From: an uncultured Actinomycetes bacterium
GTDB taxonomy: Bacteria; Actinomycetota; UBA4738; HRBIN12
Direction: 5' to 3'
DNA: 64,000 nucleotides
NCBI GenBank assembly: GCA_963704725.1
Contig: OY969934.1
Coordinates: forward strand, 1,344,001 to 1,408,000
The position numbers were made by a program, and so were the translations under genes. Under the pieces are notes generated by a model, which did not search any database, was not told the origin of the DNA, and was given only the letters and a program-made list of their open reading frames with translations. Positions 28,418 to 37,710 of the stretch are shown in pieces. How positions within the stretch are numbered: position 1 is the first letter of the stretch; each line of letters begins with the position of its first letter.

Positions 28418-29145
28418 CCCGGCGCGAGCTCGAGCTCGTGACCGCCGAGGTCGTGGCATGCCGGCGGTGCCCCCGCCTCGTCGAGTGGCGGGAGCGCGTG
28501 GCCCGTGACAAGGTGGCGCGCTTCGCCGACGAGGACTACTGGGGGCGTCCCGTCCCCGGGCTCGGCGGCTCCGGCGCGCGGATCCTGGTCCTGGGGCTCG
28601 CCCCGGCCGCGCACGGCGGCAACCGGACCGGCCGCATCTTCACCGGCGATCGGTCGGGCGACTTCCTGTTCCGCTCGTTGTTCACGGCGGGTCTGTCGAA
28701 CAGGCCGGTGTCGCTCCGCAGGGGCGACGGCCTGCGACTGCGATCGACCTACGTGGCCGCCGTGAACCGGTGCGCGCCGCCGGGGAACCGCCCCACGCCC
28801 GATGAGCGGGATCGCTGCCTCCCGTACCTCGAGCGCGAGGTCGCCGCGCTCGCCCGGCTCCGCGTGATCGTGGCGCTCGGCGAGGTGGCCTGGGACGGGG
28901 CGCTGCTGGCGCTCGCGGCCCTCGGTCACCGGGTGCGGCCCAAGCCCCGGTTCGGGCACGGCGCCGAGGCGGAGGTCGGTCCCTTCGTTCTGCTCGGCTC
29001 CTACCACCCCAGCCAGCAGAACACGTTCACGGGGAAGCTCACGCAGGACATGCTCGACGCGGTCCTGGCTCGCGCCACCGAGCTCGCCGGCGTTATGCGT
29101 TCTGGGAGGAGCCGTCCTCGGTCTGCTCGTGGATCCTCCGCATGA
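28414..29145 (+). CDS. udgB: Family 5 uracil-DNA glycosylase
   Basis: CRRCPRL, YWGRPVPG, GLAPAAHGGNRTGRIFTGD, RCAPP.N, YHPSQQNTFTG. Confidence 0.92.
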   Translation: MTRRELELVTAEVVACRRCPRLVEWRERVARDKVARFADEDYWGRPVPGLGGSGARILVLGLAPAAHGGNRTGRIFTGDRSGDFLFRSLFTAGLSNRPVSLRRGDGLRLRSTYVAAVNRCAPPGNRPTPDERDRCLPYLEREVAALARLRVIVALGEVAWDGALLALAALGHRVRPKPRFGHGAEAEVGPFVLLGSYHPSQQNTFTGKLTQDMLDAVLARATELAGVMRSGRSRPRSARGSSA

Positions 29146-29545
29146 GCGGGATCCGGTCGAGCTCGAGGATGCCGATGACGAGGATCGTTCCGAGCGCCGC
29201 CGTGAGGTAGGCGCCGAGCCCGGCCACGACGCCGAGCGCGGTCGCCGCCCACGCGCCGGCCGCGGTCGTCAGGCCGTGGATGTAGGTCGACTTCCGCTGG
29301 AAGATCAGGCCGCCGCCCAGGAAGCCGACGCCGGTGGCCACCCCCTGGATGACCCGACTCGCCCCCTGGATGCCCAGGAGCAGCGCCCCTGCGGCGGCGA
29401 ACGCGGCGGCGGCGAACGCGAGGAGCGCGAACGTGCGCTCACCCGCCGCCTTCCCCCGGTACTCGCGCTCGATCCCGATGGCGAGGCCGAGCAGCGCTCC
29501 GAGGGCGGCCCGACCGAAGAGCGTGAGCTCGAGGGTCGTGTCCAC
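29093..29545 (-). CDS. MgtC/SapB family membrane protein
   Basis: IGIERE..GKAAGERT, SRVIQGVATGVGFLGGG, GLTTAA. Confidence 0.9.
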   Translation of the reverse strand: MDTTLELTLFGRAALGALLGLAIGIEREYRGKAAGERTFALLAFAAAAFAAAGALLLGIQGASRVIQGVATGVGFLGGGLIFQRKSTYIHGLTTAAGAWAATALGVVAGLGAYLTAALGTILVIGILELDRIPLMRRIHEQTEDGSSQNA

Positions 29546-29601
29546 GGCGACAGCCTAGCCCGGCCGGCCGTCGTATCGGAGGGGGGCCGTATCCTGACCT
29601 G

Positions 29602-31563
29602 ATGCGAGGCCACGGCATGTTCCGCGTTCCCTCCGAGGAGGACCAGCGCCCCATCGGCAAGCACACGGTGCGCCGTGTCGTCGCGACGTTCCGCCCCTAC
29701 CGCGGCAAGGTCACCCTCGTCGGGCTCCTCATCGTCGTGACGTCGGGGCTCGGCGTCGTGAACCCGCTCCTGATCAAGTACATCTTCGACCACGCTCTCT
29801 TCGGGAAGACCTGCGACGGCGGCCCGTGCCCCAACCTGCACACGCTCTACGTCGGGGTTGGGTTCATGGTGGGGATCCCGATCGTCACGGGGCTGATCGG
29901 GATCGGACAGACCTATCTGGCCAACGTCGTCGGGCTGAACGTGATGCAGGACCTGCGCAACCAGCTTTACGCCCACCTGCAGTTCATGCCGCTCCGTTTC
30001 TTCACGACGACCCGGACCGGCGAGATCCAGTCTCGCCTCGCCAACGACGTCGGCGGCGTGCAGTCCGTGGTCACGGATACCGCGTCGAACGTCCTGGCGA
30101 ACGTCGTCGTGATCGCGAGCACCCTCGTCGCGATGCTCGTGCTCTCCTGGCAGCTGACCGTTCTGAGCCTGTTCATGATGCCGCTCTTCCTGTGGCTCAC
30201 GGTCAAGGTGGGGCGCGCCCGGCGCGAGGTTGCCACCAACACGCAGAAGACCCTCGCCGACCTGACCGCCATCACCGAGGAGACGCTGTCCGTGTCGGGC
30301 ATCCTGCTCTCCAAGTCGTTCGGGAGGCAGCGCCACGAGATCGGCCGCTTCCGAGGCGAGAACGAGCGGCTGACCGGCCTGCAGATCCGTCAGACGATGA
30401 TCGGCCGGTCGTTCTTCGCCGTCGTGGGCACGTTCTTCTCGATCACGCCGGCACTGACGTACCTCGTCGCCGGCTGGGTCCTCTCCAACAACCCCCTGCA
30501 GACGGCGATCACGGCTGGGACGATCGTGTCGTTCACCACGCTGCAGAGCCGGCTCTTCTTCCCCGTGGGCTCGATGCTCCAGGTCTCGACCGAGGTCCAG
30601 TCCTCGATGGCGCTCTTCGACCGGATCTTCGAGTACCTCGACATGGACCACGAGATCGCCGACGCGCCGGACGCCGTGCACCTCGCGCCGGACCAGGTCC
30701 TGGGAAAGGTCGCCCTCCGCGACGTGTGGTTCCGGTACGACGCGCCGCCGGACGGGGAGCGAACCCCCGTGTCCCCACCCGACCTCGCGCTGGCCAACGA
30801 GGCTCCGCGCGAGTGGACGCTCGAAGGCGTCTCGCTCGAGATCGAGCCGGGGCAGTTGGCGGCGCTCGTGGGCCCGTCGGGCGCGGGCAAGACGACGATC
30901 ACGTACCTGGTGCCCCGGCTCTACGACGTGCAGCGGGGACAGGTCGAGATCGACGCGACGGACGTGCGGAAGATCGCGCTCGAGTCGATCGGCGACGCGA
31001 TCGGGGTCGTGACGCAGGAGACGTACCTGTTCCACACCACGATCCGGCGCAACCTCCTGTACGGCAAGCCCGACGCCACGCAGGAGGAGCTCGAGGCCGC
31101 GGCCGCCGCCGCCAACATCCACGACCGTATCGCCGAGCTGGCCGAGGGCTACGACACGATCGTCGGGGAGCGCGGCTACAAGCTCTCGGGCGGGGAGAAG
31201 CAGCGTCTGGCGATCGCCCGCGTGATCCTCAAGGACCCGCGGATCCTCATCCTGGACGAGGCCACCTCGTCGCTCGACACGACGTCGGAGCGGCTGGTGC
31301 AGGCCGCGCTCGAGCCCTTGATGAAGGGGCGGACGACGATCGCGATCGCGCACCGGCTGTCGACGATCCTGTCGGCCGACGTGATCTTCGTGGTGGACCG
31401 GGGCCGGATCGTCGAGCGGGGGACCCACCAGGAGCTCATCGACCGGGGTGGCCTGTACGCGCGGCTGTACGAGCAGCAGTTCCGCGGCGGTCTCGTCCAG
31501 GCCGAGTGCGAGGACGGCGTGATCCTGTCGACCGGCGAGGTCGTGCGGACCGGGAGCGGTTAG
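29602..31563 (+). CDS. ABC exporter, fused permease/ATP-binding protein
   Basis: TM domain + GPSGAGKT, LSGGEKQR, ILDEATSSLD, IAHRLST. Confidence 0.94.
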   Translation: MRGHGMFRVPSEEDQRPIGKHTVRRVVATFRPYRGKVTLVGLLIVVTSGLGVVNPLLIKYIFDHALFGKTCDGGPCPNLHTLYVGVGFMVGIPIVTGLIGIGQTYLANVVGLNVMQDLRNQLYAHLQFMPLRFFTTTRTGEIQSRLANDVGGVQSVVTDTASNVLANVVVIASTLVAMLVLSWQLTVLSLFMMPLFLWLTVKVGRARREVATNTQKTLADLTAITEETLSVSGILLSKSFGRQRHEIGRFRGENERLTGLQIRQTMIGRSFFAVVGTFFSITPALTYLVAGWVLSNNPLQTAITAGTIVSFTTLQSRLFFPVGSMLQVSTEVQSSMALFDRIFEYLDMDHEIADAPDAVHLAPDQVLGKVALRDVWFRYDAPPDGERTPVSPPDLALANEAPREWTLEGVSLEIEPGQLAALVGPSGAGKTTITYLVPRLYDVQRGQVEIDATDVRKIALESIGDAIGVVTQETYLFHTTIRRNLLYGKPDATQEELEAAAAAANIHDRIAELAEGYDTIVGERGYKLSGGEKQRLAIARVILKDPRILILDEATSSLDTTSERLVQAALEPLMKGRTTIAIAHRLSTILSADVIFVVDRGRIVERGTHQELIDRGGLYARLYEQQFRGGLVQAECEDGVILSTGEVVRTGSG

Positions 31564-32048
31564 ATCCCGCGCTGGTAGGTCAACAGCACGAACCCGTCGG
31601 GGAAGACCCGGTCGGCGAGCCGCTCGAACCCGAGGTGCTCGTACATCGCCTGGGCCACGGTCATCCGGTGCGTGGTGTGCAGGGTCATCCGGGTGCGCCC
31701 GGCGAGGCGGGCCCGCTCGAAGCACGCGTCCATGAGCGCCCGGGCCACGCCGCGTCCGCGCGCCGACGGATCGACGCCGAGCATCCGGATGTGCGCCTCG
31801 TCCGCCGACAGCGGTGGGTCGTCCCCGTCGATCCGCCGCCCGATCTCGAGCGACGCGCTCCCGAGCACACGCCCGTCCTCGACCGCGACCAGGATCGTGG
31901 CCGCATCGGCTCGCCCCGCCACGTCGGCGATCTCCGCCAGGTAGTCCTCCCAAGCCGCCTCGCCCGGCCCGACGTACTCACGGTAGGCGAGCGCGGTCAC
32001 GCGCCCCGCCTCCGCATACTCGTCGGGTCTGGCCTCGCGCACCTCCAT
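31560..32048 (-). CDS. GNAT N-acetyltransferase
   Basis: IRMLGVDPSARGRGVARAL, AQAMYEHLGF. Confidence 0.88.
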   Translation of the reverse strand: MEVREARPDEYAEAGRVTALAYREYVGPGEAAWEDYLAEIADVAGRADAATILVAVEDGRVLGSASLEIGRRIDGDDPPLSADEAHIRMLGVDPSARGRGVARALMDACFERARLAGRTRMTLHTTHRMTVAQAMYEHLGFERLADRVFPDGFVLLTYQRGI

Positions 32049-32084
32049 GACCCCGAAGGCTACCGAAGGTCGCCGACGTCAAGC

Positions 32085-32564
32085 ATGTTGACGACCGCGC
32101 GCAACCGGGGCGACGATGTTCGCGTGGGCCAGCCCGATCTGCCGAGGCTCCTCCTCGAGGCGTCGAGGACGCTCGGCGCCGAGCTGATGGCGAGCCTCGA
32201 CGAGCGGGGGTTTCCCGATGCGCGGCCGGGGCACGCCGCCATGTTCATGCACATCGACCGGCGGTCGGGGACCCGGCTGACCGACCTCGCGAGACGGGCC
32301 AGGATGACGAAGCAGGGGATGATGTTGCTCGTCGACGATCTCGAGACGCGCGGCTACGTCCGCCGGGTCCCCGATCCCGAGGACGCGCGGGCCAAGGTCG
32401 TGCGGCTCACGGCCCGCGGCCGGCGCTACGCCGCCGAGGCCCGGCGCGCCGTGGCCGCCGTCGAGGCGCGCGCCCGTCGCGAGCTCGGGGACCGCCGCTA
32501 CGACACGCTGCGAGGCGTGCTCGAGGAGCTGATCGAGGCCGGCGACGGCCACGCCGAGCCTTAG
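32085..32564 (+). CDS. MarR family transcriptional regulator
   Basis: TDLARRARMTKQGM..LVDDLE.RGYVRR.PDPEDARAKVVRLT.RG; start uncertain (32085-32124). Confidence 0.88.
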   Translation: MLTTARNRGDDVRVGQPDLPRLLLEASRTLGAELMASLDERGFPDARPGHAAMFMHIDRRSGTRLTDLARRARMTKQGMMLLVDDLETRGYVRRVPDPEDARAKVVRLTARGRRYAAEARRAVAAVEARARRELGDRRYDTLRGVLEELIEAGDGHAEP

Positions 32565-33379
32565 ATGCCGACGCCGACGTCGAGCAGCTTGCCGACGACG
32601 TAGGTGATCCCCGCCGCGGCCCCGCCGATCGCGAGCATCCGCAGGCCGGAGAGCGCGGGGTTGCGCCCCGTGAGGTAGGACATCGCGGCGCCCACGCCGA
32701 ACAGGGCTCCGCCCGAGAGCGCGCCGGAGACGACCACCGCAGCGTTTCCCGAGCCGAACAGGAACGGCACGAGCGGCACGATCGCGCCGACGGCGAACAT
32801 CCCGAACGAGGCGCCGGCCGCCGCCACCGGCGACCCCAACCCCTCCTGCGGGTCGAGGCCGAGCTCCTCGCGCGCGTGCGTGTCGAGCGCGACCTCGGGG
32901 TCCTTCATCAGCTCCGCCGCCAGACGCTCCGCCAGGTCCCGGGGCAGGCCCTTGCGCACGTAGAGCTCGGCGAGCTCCACGCGCTCGGCCTCCGGGTCCG
33001 AGCCGATCTCGTGTGCCTCGAGGTGGATCAGCCGCTCGAAGACCTCGCGCTGCACGCGGACCGAGATGTACTCGCCGGCCGCCATCGAGAACGCGCCGGC
33101 CAGCAGGCCGGCGACGCCGGCCAGGACGACGACCTGGTTGTCGACCCCGGCGCCGGCCACTCCGAAGATCAAGGAGAGGTTGGAGACGAGCCCGTCGTTG
33201 ACGCCGAAGATCGCCGCGCGCAGCGCGCCCGACTTGCCGCCGCCGCGCTGCTCGCCGCCGATCGGACCGGGATGCGGCACGATGCGCCATCGCCGCCCGC
33301 GCATCCGCCGGACGATCCGGGACAGGAGGTCGACCCGCCCCTTCGTCACCCGGTCCCGCGGCGAGAGCTCGGCGTTCAC
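32561..33379 (-). CDS. VIT1/CCC1 family Fe/Mn transporter
   Basis: LRAAIFGVNDGLVSN, GAFSMAAGEYISV, HAREELG; start uncertain. Confidence 0.9.
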   Translation of the reverse strand: MNAELSPRDRVTKGRVDLLSRIVRRMRGRRWRIVPHPGPIGGEQRGGGKSGALRAAIFGVNDGLVSNLSLIFGVAGAGVDNQVVVLAGVAGLLAGAFSMAAGEYISVRVQREVFERLIHLEAHEIGSDPEAERVELAELYVRKGLPRDLAERLAAELMKDPEVALDTHAREELGLDPQEGLGSPVAAAGASFGMFAVGAIVPLVPFLFGSGNAAVVVSGALSGGALFGVGAAMSYLTGRNPALSGLRMLAIGGAAAGITYVVGKLLDVGVGI

Positions 33380-33416
33380 GTGACGAACCGATCGGCCGGG
33401 AACCGCCGCGGGCGAC

Positions 33417-34679
33417 TCAGGTGACGCTCCGGCGGCGGCGCGCCGCGAACCGCGCGAAGATCCTCCTGTTCGCCCGGTCGTGATCGTCGGCCGCACTCGA
33501 GAGCGCCGCCTTCTCCTCCTCCACATCCTCCTTGGTGAGCTCGGACTCGACGACCTCGTGCCGCGTCAGGTAGGTCGAGACCGTCGCCTGGATCACCGCG
33601 GCGGCGGGCAGGGCCATGAACGCGCCGATGAACCCGCTGACCGAGGCCCCGGCCAGGGCGGCGCCGAAGGCCACGGCGGGATGGAGCTGCATGGTCCGCG
33701 CCGTGATCCGGGGGGCGAGCAGGTAGTTCTCGATCTGCTGGTACACGACCACGAAGATCAGGAAGAAGAGGGCCGACCAGGGATCCTCGAGCAGGGCGAC
33801 CAGGAGCGGAACGGCGGCGGCGATGTACGTGCCCACCACCGGGATGAACTGCGACACGAGTCCCTGCCACAGCGCGAGCGGCAAGGCGAACGGGATCCCG
33901 AGGATCTGGAGTGCGATGAACGTGAACGCGGCGTTGATGACGGCGAGGAGCAGGCGCGAGTACAGGTAGCCGCCGGTCTTGTCGATCGCGATCTCCCATG
34001 CGGCGAGCACCTCGCGCTGTCGCCGCGGCGTGAGCACCGAGCACACGGAGCGACGGAACCGAGGGCCGTCGGCCACGAGGTAGAACGTAAACAGCCCGAT
34101 CGTGAGCAGCTGGAACAGGATGCCCAGCAGGAACGCCCCGATCGAGGCAACGTTCGCCGCGACGTCCTGGACGTCGGTCTGGGCGCTCGCGATGCGATCG
34201 AGGATGTTCTTGGTCGAGAGCTCGTAATCGGGGCCGAACCATCGCTTGGTGTACACGCTCGCCTGCCGGAGCCAGCCGGGGAGGCGGCCGATCAGCTCCT
34301 GCACCTGGTCGATGACGAGCGGCACCATGAGCGCCGTCATCACCAGCACCAGCAGGACGAGGCCGAACAGCACGGCGGCACTGGCGGCGCCGCGCTTCCA
34401 GCCCCTTCCGACCAGCCAGTTGACCGCGGGCTCGAGCGCGAAGGACAGGAACAGGGCGGTCACCAGCCACACGATCAGCTCGCGGACACGCCGGAACATC
34501 GTGAACGCGGCGTACGCGGCGAAGAAGACGAGGACGATCAGCAGCAGCAGTCGGGTGACCCATGGCGGCATCCGGGTCGTGTCGGGATCCTCCCCGGGTG
34601 TGCCGACCTCCTCGGCGCCGCGGGCCTGCGCGTCGGCCAACGGGACGCTCGGCTCCTCGGGCGCGACGACCGGGTCCAT
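33417..34679 (-). CDS. AI-2E family transporter
   Basis: Multiple TMs, ALEPAV, FIPVVG, YQQIENYLLAPRI, LHPA, ALPAAA; TACCCT box 7 nt before ATG 34679. Confidence 0.88.
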   Translation of the reverse strand: MDPVVAPEEPSVPLADAQARGAEEVGTPGEDPDTTRMPPWVTRLLLLIVLVFFAAYAAFTMFRRVRELIVWLVTALFLSFALEPAVNWLVGRGWKRGAASAAVLFGLVLLVLVMTALMVPLVIDQVQELIGRLPGWLRQASVYTKRWFGPDYELSTKNILDRIASAQTDVQDVAANVASIGAFLLGILFQLLTIGLFTFYLVADGPRFRRSVCSVLTPRRQREVLAAWEIAIDKTGGYLYSRLLLAVINAAFTFIALQILGIPFALPLALWQGLVSQFIPVVGTYIAAAVPLLVALLEDPWSALFFLIFVVVYQQIENYLLAPRITARTMQLHPAVAFGAALAGASVSGFIGAFMALPAAAVIQATVSTYLTRHEVVESELTKEDVEEEKAALSSAADDHDRANRRIFARFAARRRRSVT

Positions 34680-34764
34680 CTCCGGCAGGGTACCCACCGG
34701 CCATGGGCGGCGCCAGCATCGCCGACCGCCACCGCAACGCCGAACGGGCTCGTACGATGGGGCC

Positions 34765-35256
34765 GTGCCGCAGGAGGCCCGGGGGAAGACCGGCCGGCCC
34801 ACCGAAGGGCGGAACAAGCCCGAGCGTCCGCGCGACCACCTGGGGCGGCCCCAGCCGTGGGACGCGGAGGGCACGCTCCGTCTCGAGGACTACGACAGCC
34901 TGCCGATCGAGGAGAACCACCGGCTCGGGCGGGAGCACCTGAACGCGGGACGGTACTTCCCCGCCCACGAGGCCTGGGAGACCGCGTGGAAGCAGGCTCG
35001 GGACACCGACGACGCGGAGTTCTTCAAGGGGCTCTCCCAGCTGGGCGCGGGCTACACGCACCTGCTCCGCGGGAACGCTCACGGGGCCGTCCGCCTCCTG
35101 CGTCGAGCCTCGGGACGGATCGGCGCTTACCCGGACGGCCACCTCGGCGTGCCGACGACTCGGGTGGCCGAGGCCTCGGAGGCCCTGGCGGCGGCGGTCG
35201 AACGCGGGGACGTCGTTCCCGGCGAGGACGCGGCGTTCGAACCGCCGGCCGTGTGA
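34765..35256 (+). CDS. DUF309 family protein
   Basis: RPRDHLGRP, G.YFPAHEAWETAWK, KGLSQL..GYTH..RGN..GA..LL. Confidence 0.85.
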   Translation: MPQEARGKTGRPTEGRNKPERPRDHLGRPQPWDAEGTLRLEDYDSLPIEENHRLGREHLNAGRYFPAHEAWETAWKQARDTDDAEFFKGLSQLGAGYTHLLRGNAHGAVRLLRRASGRIGAYPDGHLGVPTTRVAEASEALAAAVERGDVVPGEDAAFEPPAV

Positions 35257-35287
35257 GCGGTTGACTGTGAAGGCCACAGCAGAGACC

Positions 35288-36043
35288 ATGTCTGAAGGAA
35301 TGTCACCCGAAGCCGCGAACACGTTGGAGTGGAAGGGCCGAACGGGGCCGTTCTCGATCGAGGTCGACCCCGCGATCTTCGCCCCCACGCACACGAGCCG
35401 CACGATCGCCGACGCGCTGGAGATCCAGTCCGGCGACACCGTGATCGACGTCGGATGCGGCAGCGGCGTGCTGTCGTTCGTCGCGTCCAGGCTCGGCGCG
35501 AAGCGCGTCTACGGCGTCGACCTGTCGCCCGAGGCGGTCGAGGTGGCCGGGCGCAACGCCGAGCAGCTCGGCGTGGGCGACCGGACCGAGTTCCGGGTGG
35601 GGAACCTGCTCGAGCCGATGCGCGGCGTCCAGGCGGACGTCATCATCGGCGACGTCTCGGGCATCCCCGACGAGATCGCGGCGGTCTCCGGATGGTTCCC
35701 CGACGGACGGGCCGGCGGGCCGACCGGGGCCGAGCTCCCCGCCGCCATGCTCGAGAGCATCCACGACAACGACTGCCTCCGGCCGGGCGGGCGTCTGTAC
35801 CTGCCCACCGGCACGATCCAGGCCGAGGGCAGGATCCTCGAGGTGGCCAAGCGCATCTTCGGAGCCGCCAACCTCCAGTCCCTGCTCAGCCGGGAGTTCC
35901 CTCTCCCCGACGTCGTGGCCAGGTCCAAGGCGGTCGCGCAGATGATGAAGGAGGGCATCCTCGACCTCCACGCGCGCGGCAGCCGGCTCCTGTGGCGGCT
36001 CCAGGTGTGGCGCTGCGAGATGCCGACCGTCCTGTCGGACTGA
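35288..36043 (+). CDS. Class I SAM-dependent methyltransferase (HemK/PrmA-like)
   Basis: IFAPT, VIDVGCGSGVL, YGVD, GNLLEP; DVSG in place of NPPY. Confidence 0.82.
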   Translation: MSEGMSPEAANTLEWKGRTGPFSIEVDPAIFAPTHTSRTIADALEIQSGDTVIDVGCGSGVLSFVASRLGAKRVYGVDLSPEAVEVAGRNAEQLGVGDRTEFRVGNLLEPMRGVQADVIIGDVSGIPDEIAAVSGWFPDGRAGGPTGAELPAAMLESIHDNDCLRPGGRLYLPTGTIQAEGRILEVAKRIFGAANLQSLLSREFPLPDVVARSKAVAQMMKEGILDLHARGSRLLWRLQVWRCEMPTVLSD

Positions 36044-36054
36044 GCGGCGCCCCG

Positions 36055-36561
36055 CTACGCCCCAGGCCGGACCTCCACGACCGACTTGACCCAGTACCCC
36101 GACTCCCGCAGATGCGCCGCGCCCCCGCGATCGATCGCGAGCACGATGATCCCGATGCGGCATCCGTGCTCCTCGAGCACCTTCGCCGCCTTCAGGACCT
36201 GATGCCCGGTCGTCGAGACGTCCTCGATGAGGGCGATCTCGGCGCCGGCCGGCGCGTGGCCCTCGACCTGCGAACGCGTGCCGTAGGCCTTGGCCTCCTT
36301 GCGGACCACCGCCACGGGCAGCCCGGTCTCGATCGCGACCGCGGCGACCAACAGGGTGGCCGCGCCCTCGGGCGCGCCGAGATGCGTGACGCCCTCCGGG
36401 AGCAGGTCCGCGACGGCGTGGGCGGTCTCCCGCAGCAGGCCGGGCTCGGTGAGGAAGCGGAACTTGTCGAAGTAGACCGTCGACCGCTTCCCGGACGACA
36501 GGATGAAGTCGCCGTGGAGCTCGGACGCCTCGAGCAGGCGCCTCGCGAGATCGTGCGACAT
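36055..36561 (-). CDS. pyrE: Orotate phosphoribosyltransferase
   Basis: GDFILSSGKRSTVYFDK, VRKEAKAYGT, LIEDVSTTG; divergent from pyrD. Confidence 0.9.
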   Translation of the reverse strand: MSHDLARRLLEASELHGDFILSSGKRSTVYFDKFRFLTEPGLLRETAHAVADLLPEGVTHLGAPEGAATLLVAAVAIETGLPVAVVRKEAKAYGTRSQVEGHAPAGAEIALIEDVSTTGHQVLKAAKVLEEHGCRIGIIVLAIDRGGAAHLRESGYWVKSVVEVRPGA

Positions 36562-36567
36562 CGCCGG

Positions 36568-36574
36568 TAGCATA
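36568..36574. promoter_or_regulatory. Overlapping bidirectional -10 elements for pyrE and pyrD
   Basis: TAGCATA reads TAGCAT (+) and TATGCT (-) in a 21-bp intergenic gap with no SD sequences. Confidence 0.55.
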
Positions 36575-36582
36575 GGGCGCCG

Positions 36583-37587
36583 ATGGGCTGGTACCGGACG
36601 CTGGCGCGACCCGCGTTCTTCGCGATCCCGCCCGAGGTCGCCCACGCCGCCGCCACCCGCCTCCTCGGCCTGCCGCTCCCGTGGGAGCGTCTGGGCGGCG
36701 CCGTCCGGGAGCCGGCGCTCGAGACCGAGCTCGCAGGGATCGCCCTCGCCAACCCGGTGGGGCTTGCCGCCGGCTTCGACAAGACCGGCCGCCGTCTGGG
36801 TGCCCTCGGCCGCCTGGGGTTCGGCTACGTGGTGGGCGGGACCTTCACGAGGCGCCCGCGCGGGGGGAACCCGAGACCGAGGATCGTTCGGTACACCGAC
36901 CGGTCGTCGATGGTCAACGCCATGGGCCTGCCGAACCCCGGGGCCGAGGCCGCCGCGGCCACGCTGGCGCTCACGTCGCGGACCGCCCCGAGGTTCGCGA
37001 GCATCGCCGACGAGGACGTCGCCGACGCGGTCGAGGCTCACCGGCTCCTGGAGCCTCACGTCGACGGGATCGAGCTGAACGCGAGCTGTCCCAACGTGTC
37101 GTGGGGCCGGGACCGCGACAACGAGCTGCACCTGTCGGCGCTGCTGGCGGCCCTGGACACCCGGTCCAAGCCCCTGTTCGTCAAGCTCCCGCCGTTCCGG
37201 ACCGGGATCGAGCGAGACGTGGTGCTCGCGCTCGCGAGCATCGCCGTCGCCGGCGGCGCGGACGGCCTGGTCTGCTCGAACACCCGGTCCGTCGCGGACG
37301 CCCGGCTCTCGGTCGGCCGGGGTGGGCTGTCCGGAAGAGCGCTCGTCGCCGACACGTCTCGGATCGTGGCCGAGGTCGCCGCGTTCGTCGGGGGCGCCCT
37401 CCCCATCGCCGCATGCGGTGGCATCTCCACGCCGGCGGACGCGCTGGCGTGCCTGCAGGCCGGCGCCTCGACCGTCCAGGTGTACACGGGCCTCGTGTAC
37501 CGGGGCCCGGGCATCGTGGGGGAGCTCACGGGCGGGCTGGTGGCGGCGCTCGGGGTCCGTGCCGGCGCCGCTCCGGCCCCGGGCTGA
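36583..37587 (+). CDS. pyrD: Dihydroorotate dehydrogenase (quinone, class 2-like)
   Basis: PEVAH, NPVGLAAGFDK, GNPRPRI, NAMGLPNPG, NASCPN, GGLSG, GASTVQVYTG. Confidence 0.88.
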   Translation: MGWYRTLARPAFFAIPPEVAHAAATRLLGLPLPWERLGGAVREPALETELAGIALANPVGLAAGFDKTGRRLGALGRLGFGYVVGGTFTRRPRGGNPRPRIVRYTDRSSMVNAMGLPNPGAEAAAATLALTSRTAPRFASIADEDVADAVEAHRLLEPHVDGIELNASCPNVSWGRDRDNELHLSALLAALDTRSKPLFVKLPPFRTGIERDVVLALASIAVAGGADGLVCSNTRSVADARLSVGRGGLSGRALVADTSRIVAEVAAFVGGALPIAACGGISTPADALACLQAGASTVQVYTGLVYRGPGIVGELTGGLVAALGVRAGAAPAPG

Positions 37588-37710
37588 GCTCCGGCGCGCC
37601 GAAACGTCGAATCGGAGGCGCGCGTCCACGCCGCGCCGAGGGGTTGCCGAGGGTTGGCTTCCCGTTCAAGATGTCGCGGTTCCGGCGATCGAGCAGGTGA
37701 CGGAGGGGGA

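Noticed and set aside
29093-29145. 53-bp convergent overlap of udgB and the MgtC-family gene
   Set aside because: Short tail-to-tail overlaps are common in compact GC-rich genomes; no evidence of function.
29826-32564. 912-aa ORF ending in a MarR domain (apparent fusion)
   Set aside because: The upstream part is an off-frame shadow of the ABC transporter and GNAT genes; only ~32085-32564 is coding. The same applies to the long N-termini of track ORFs for thrC, thrB, udgB, tal and the S51 peptidase.
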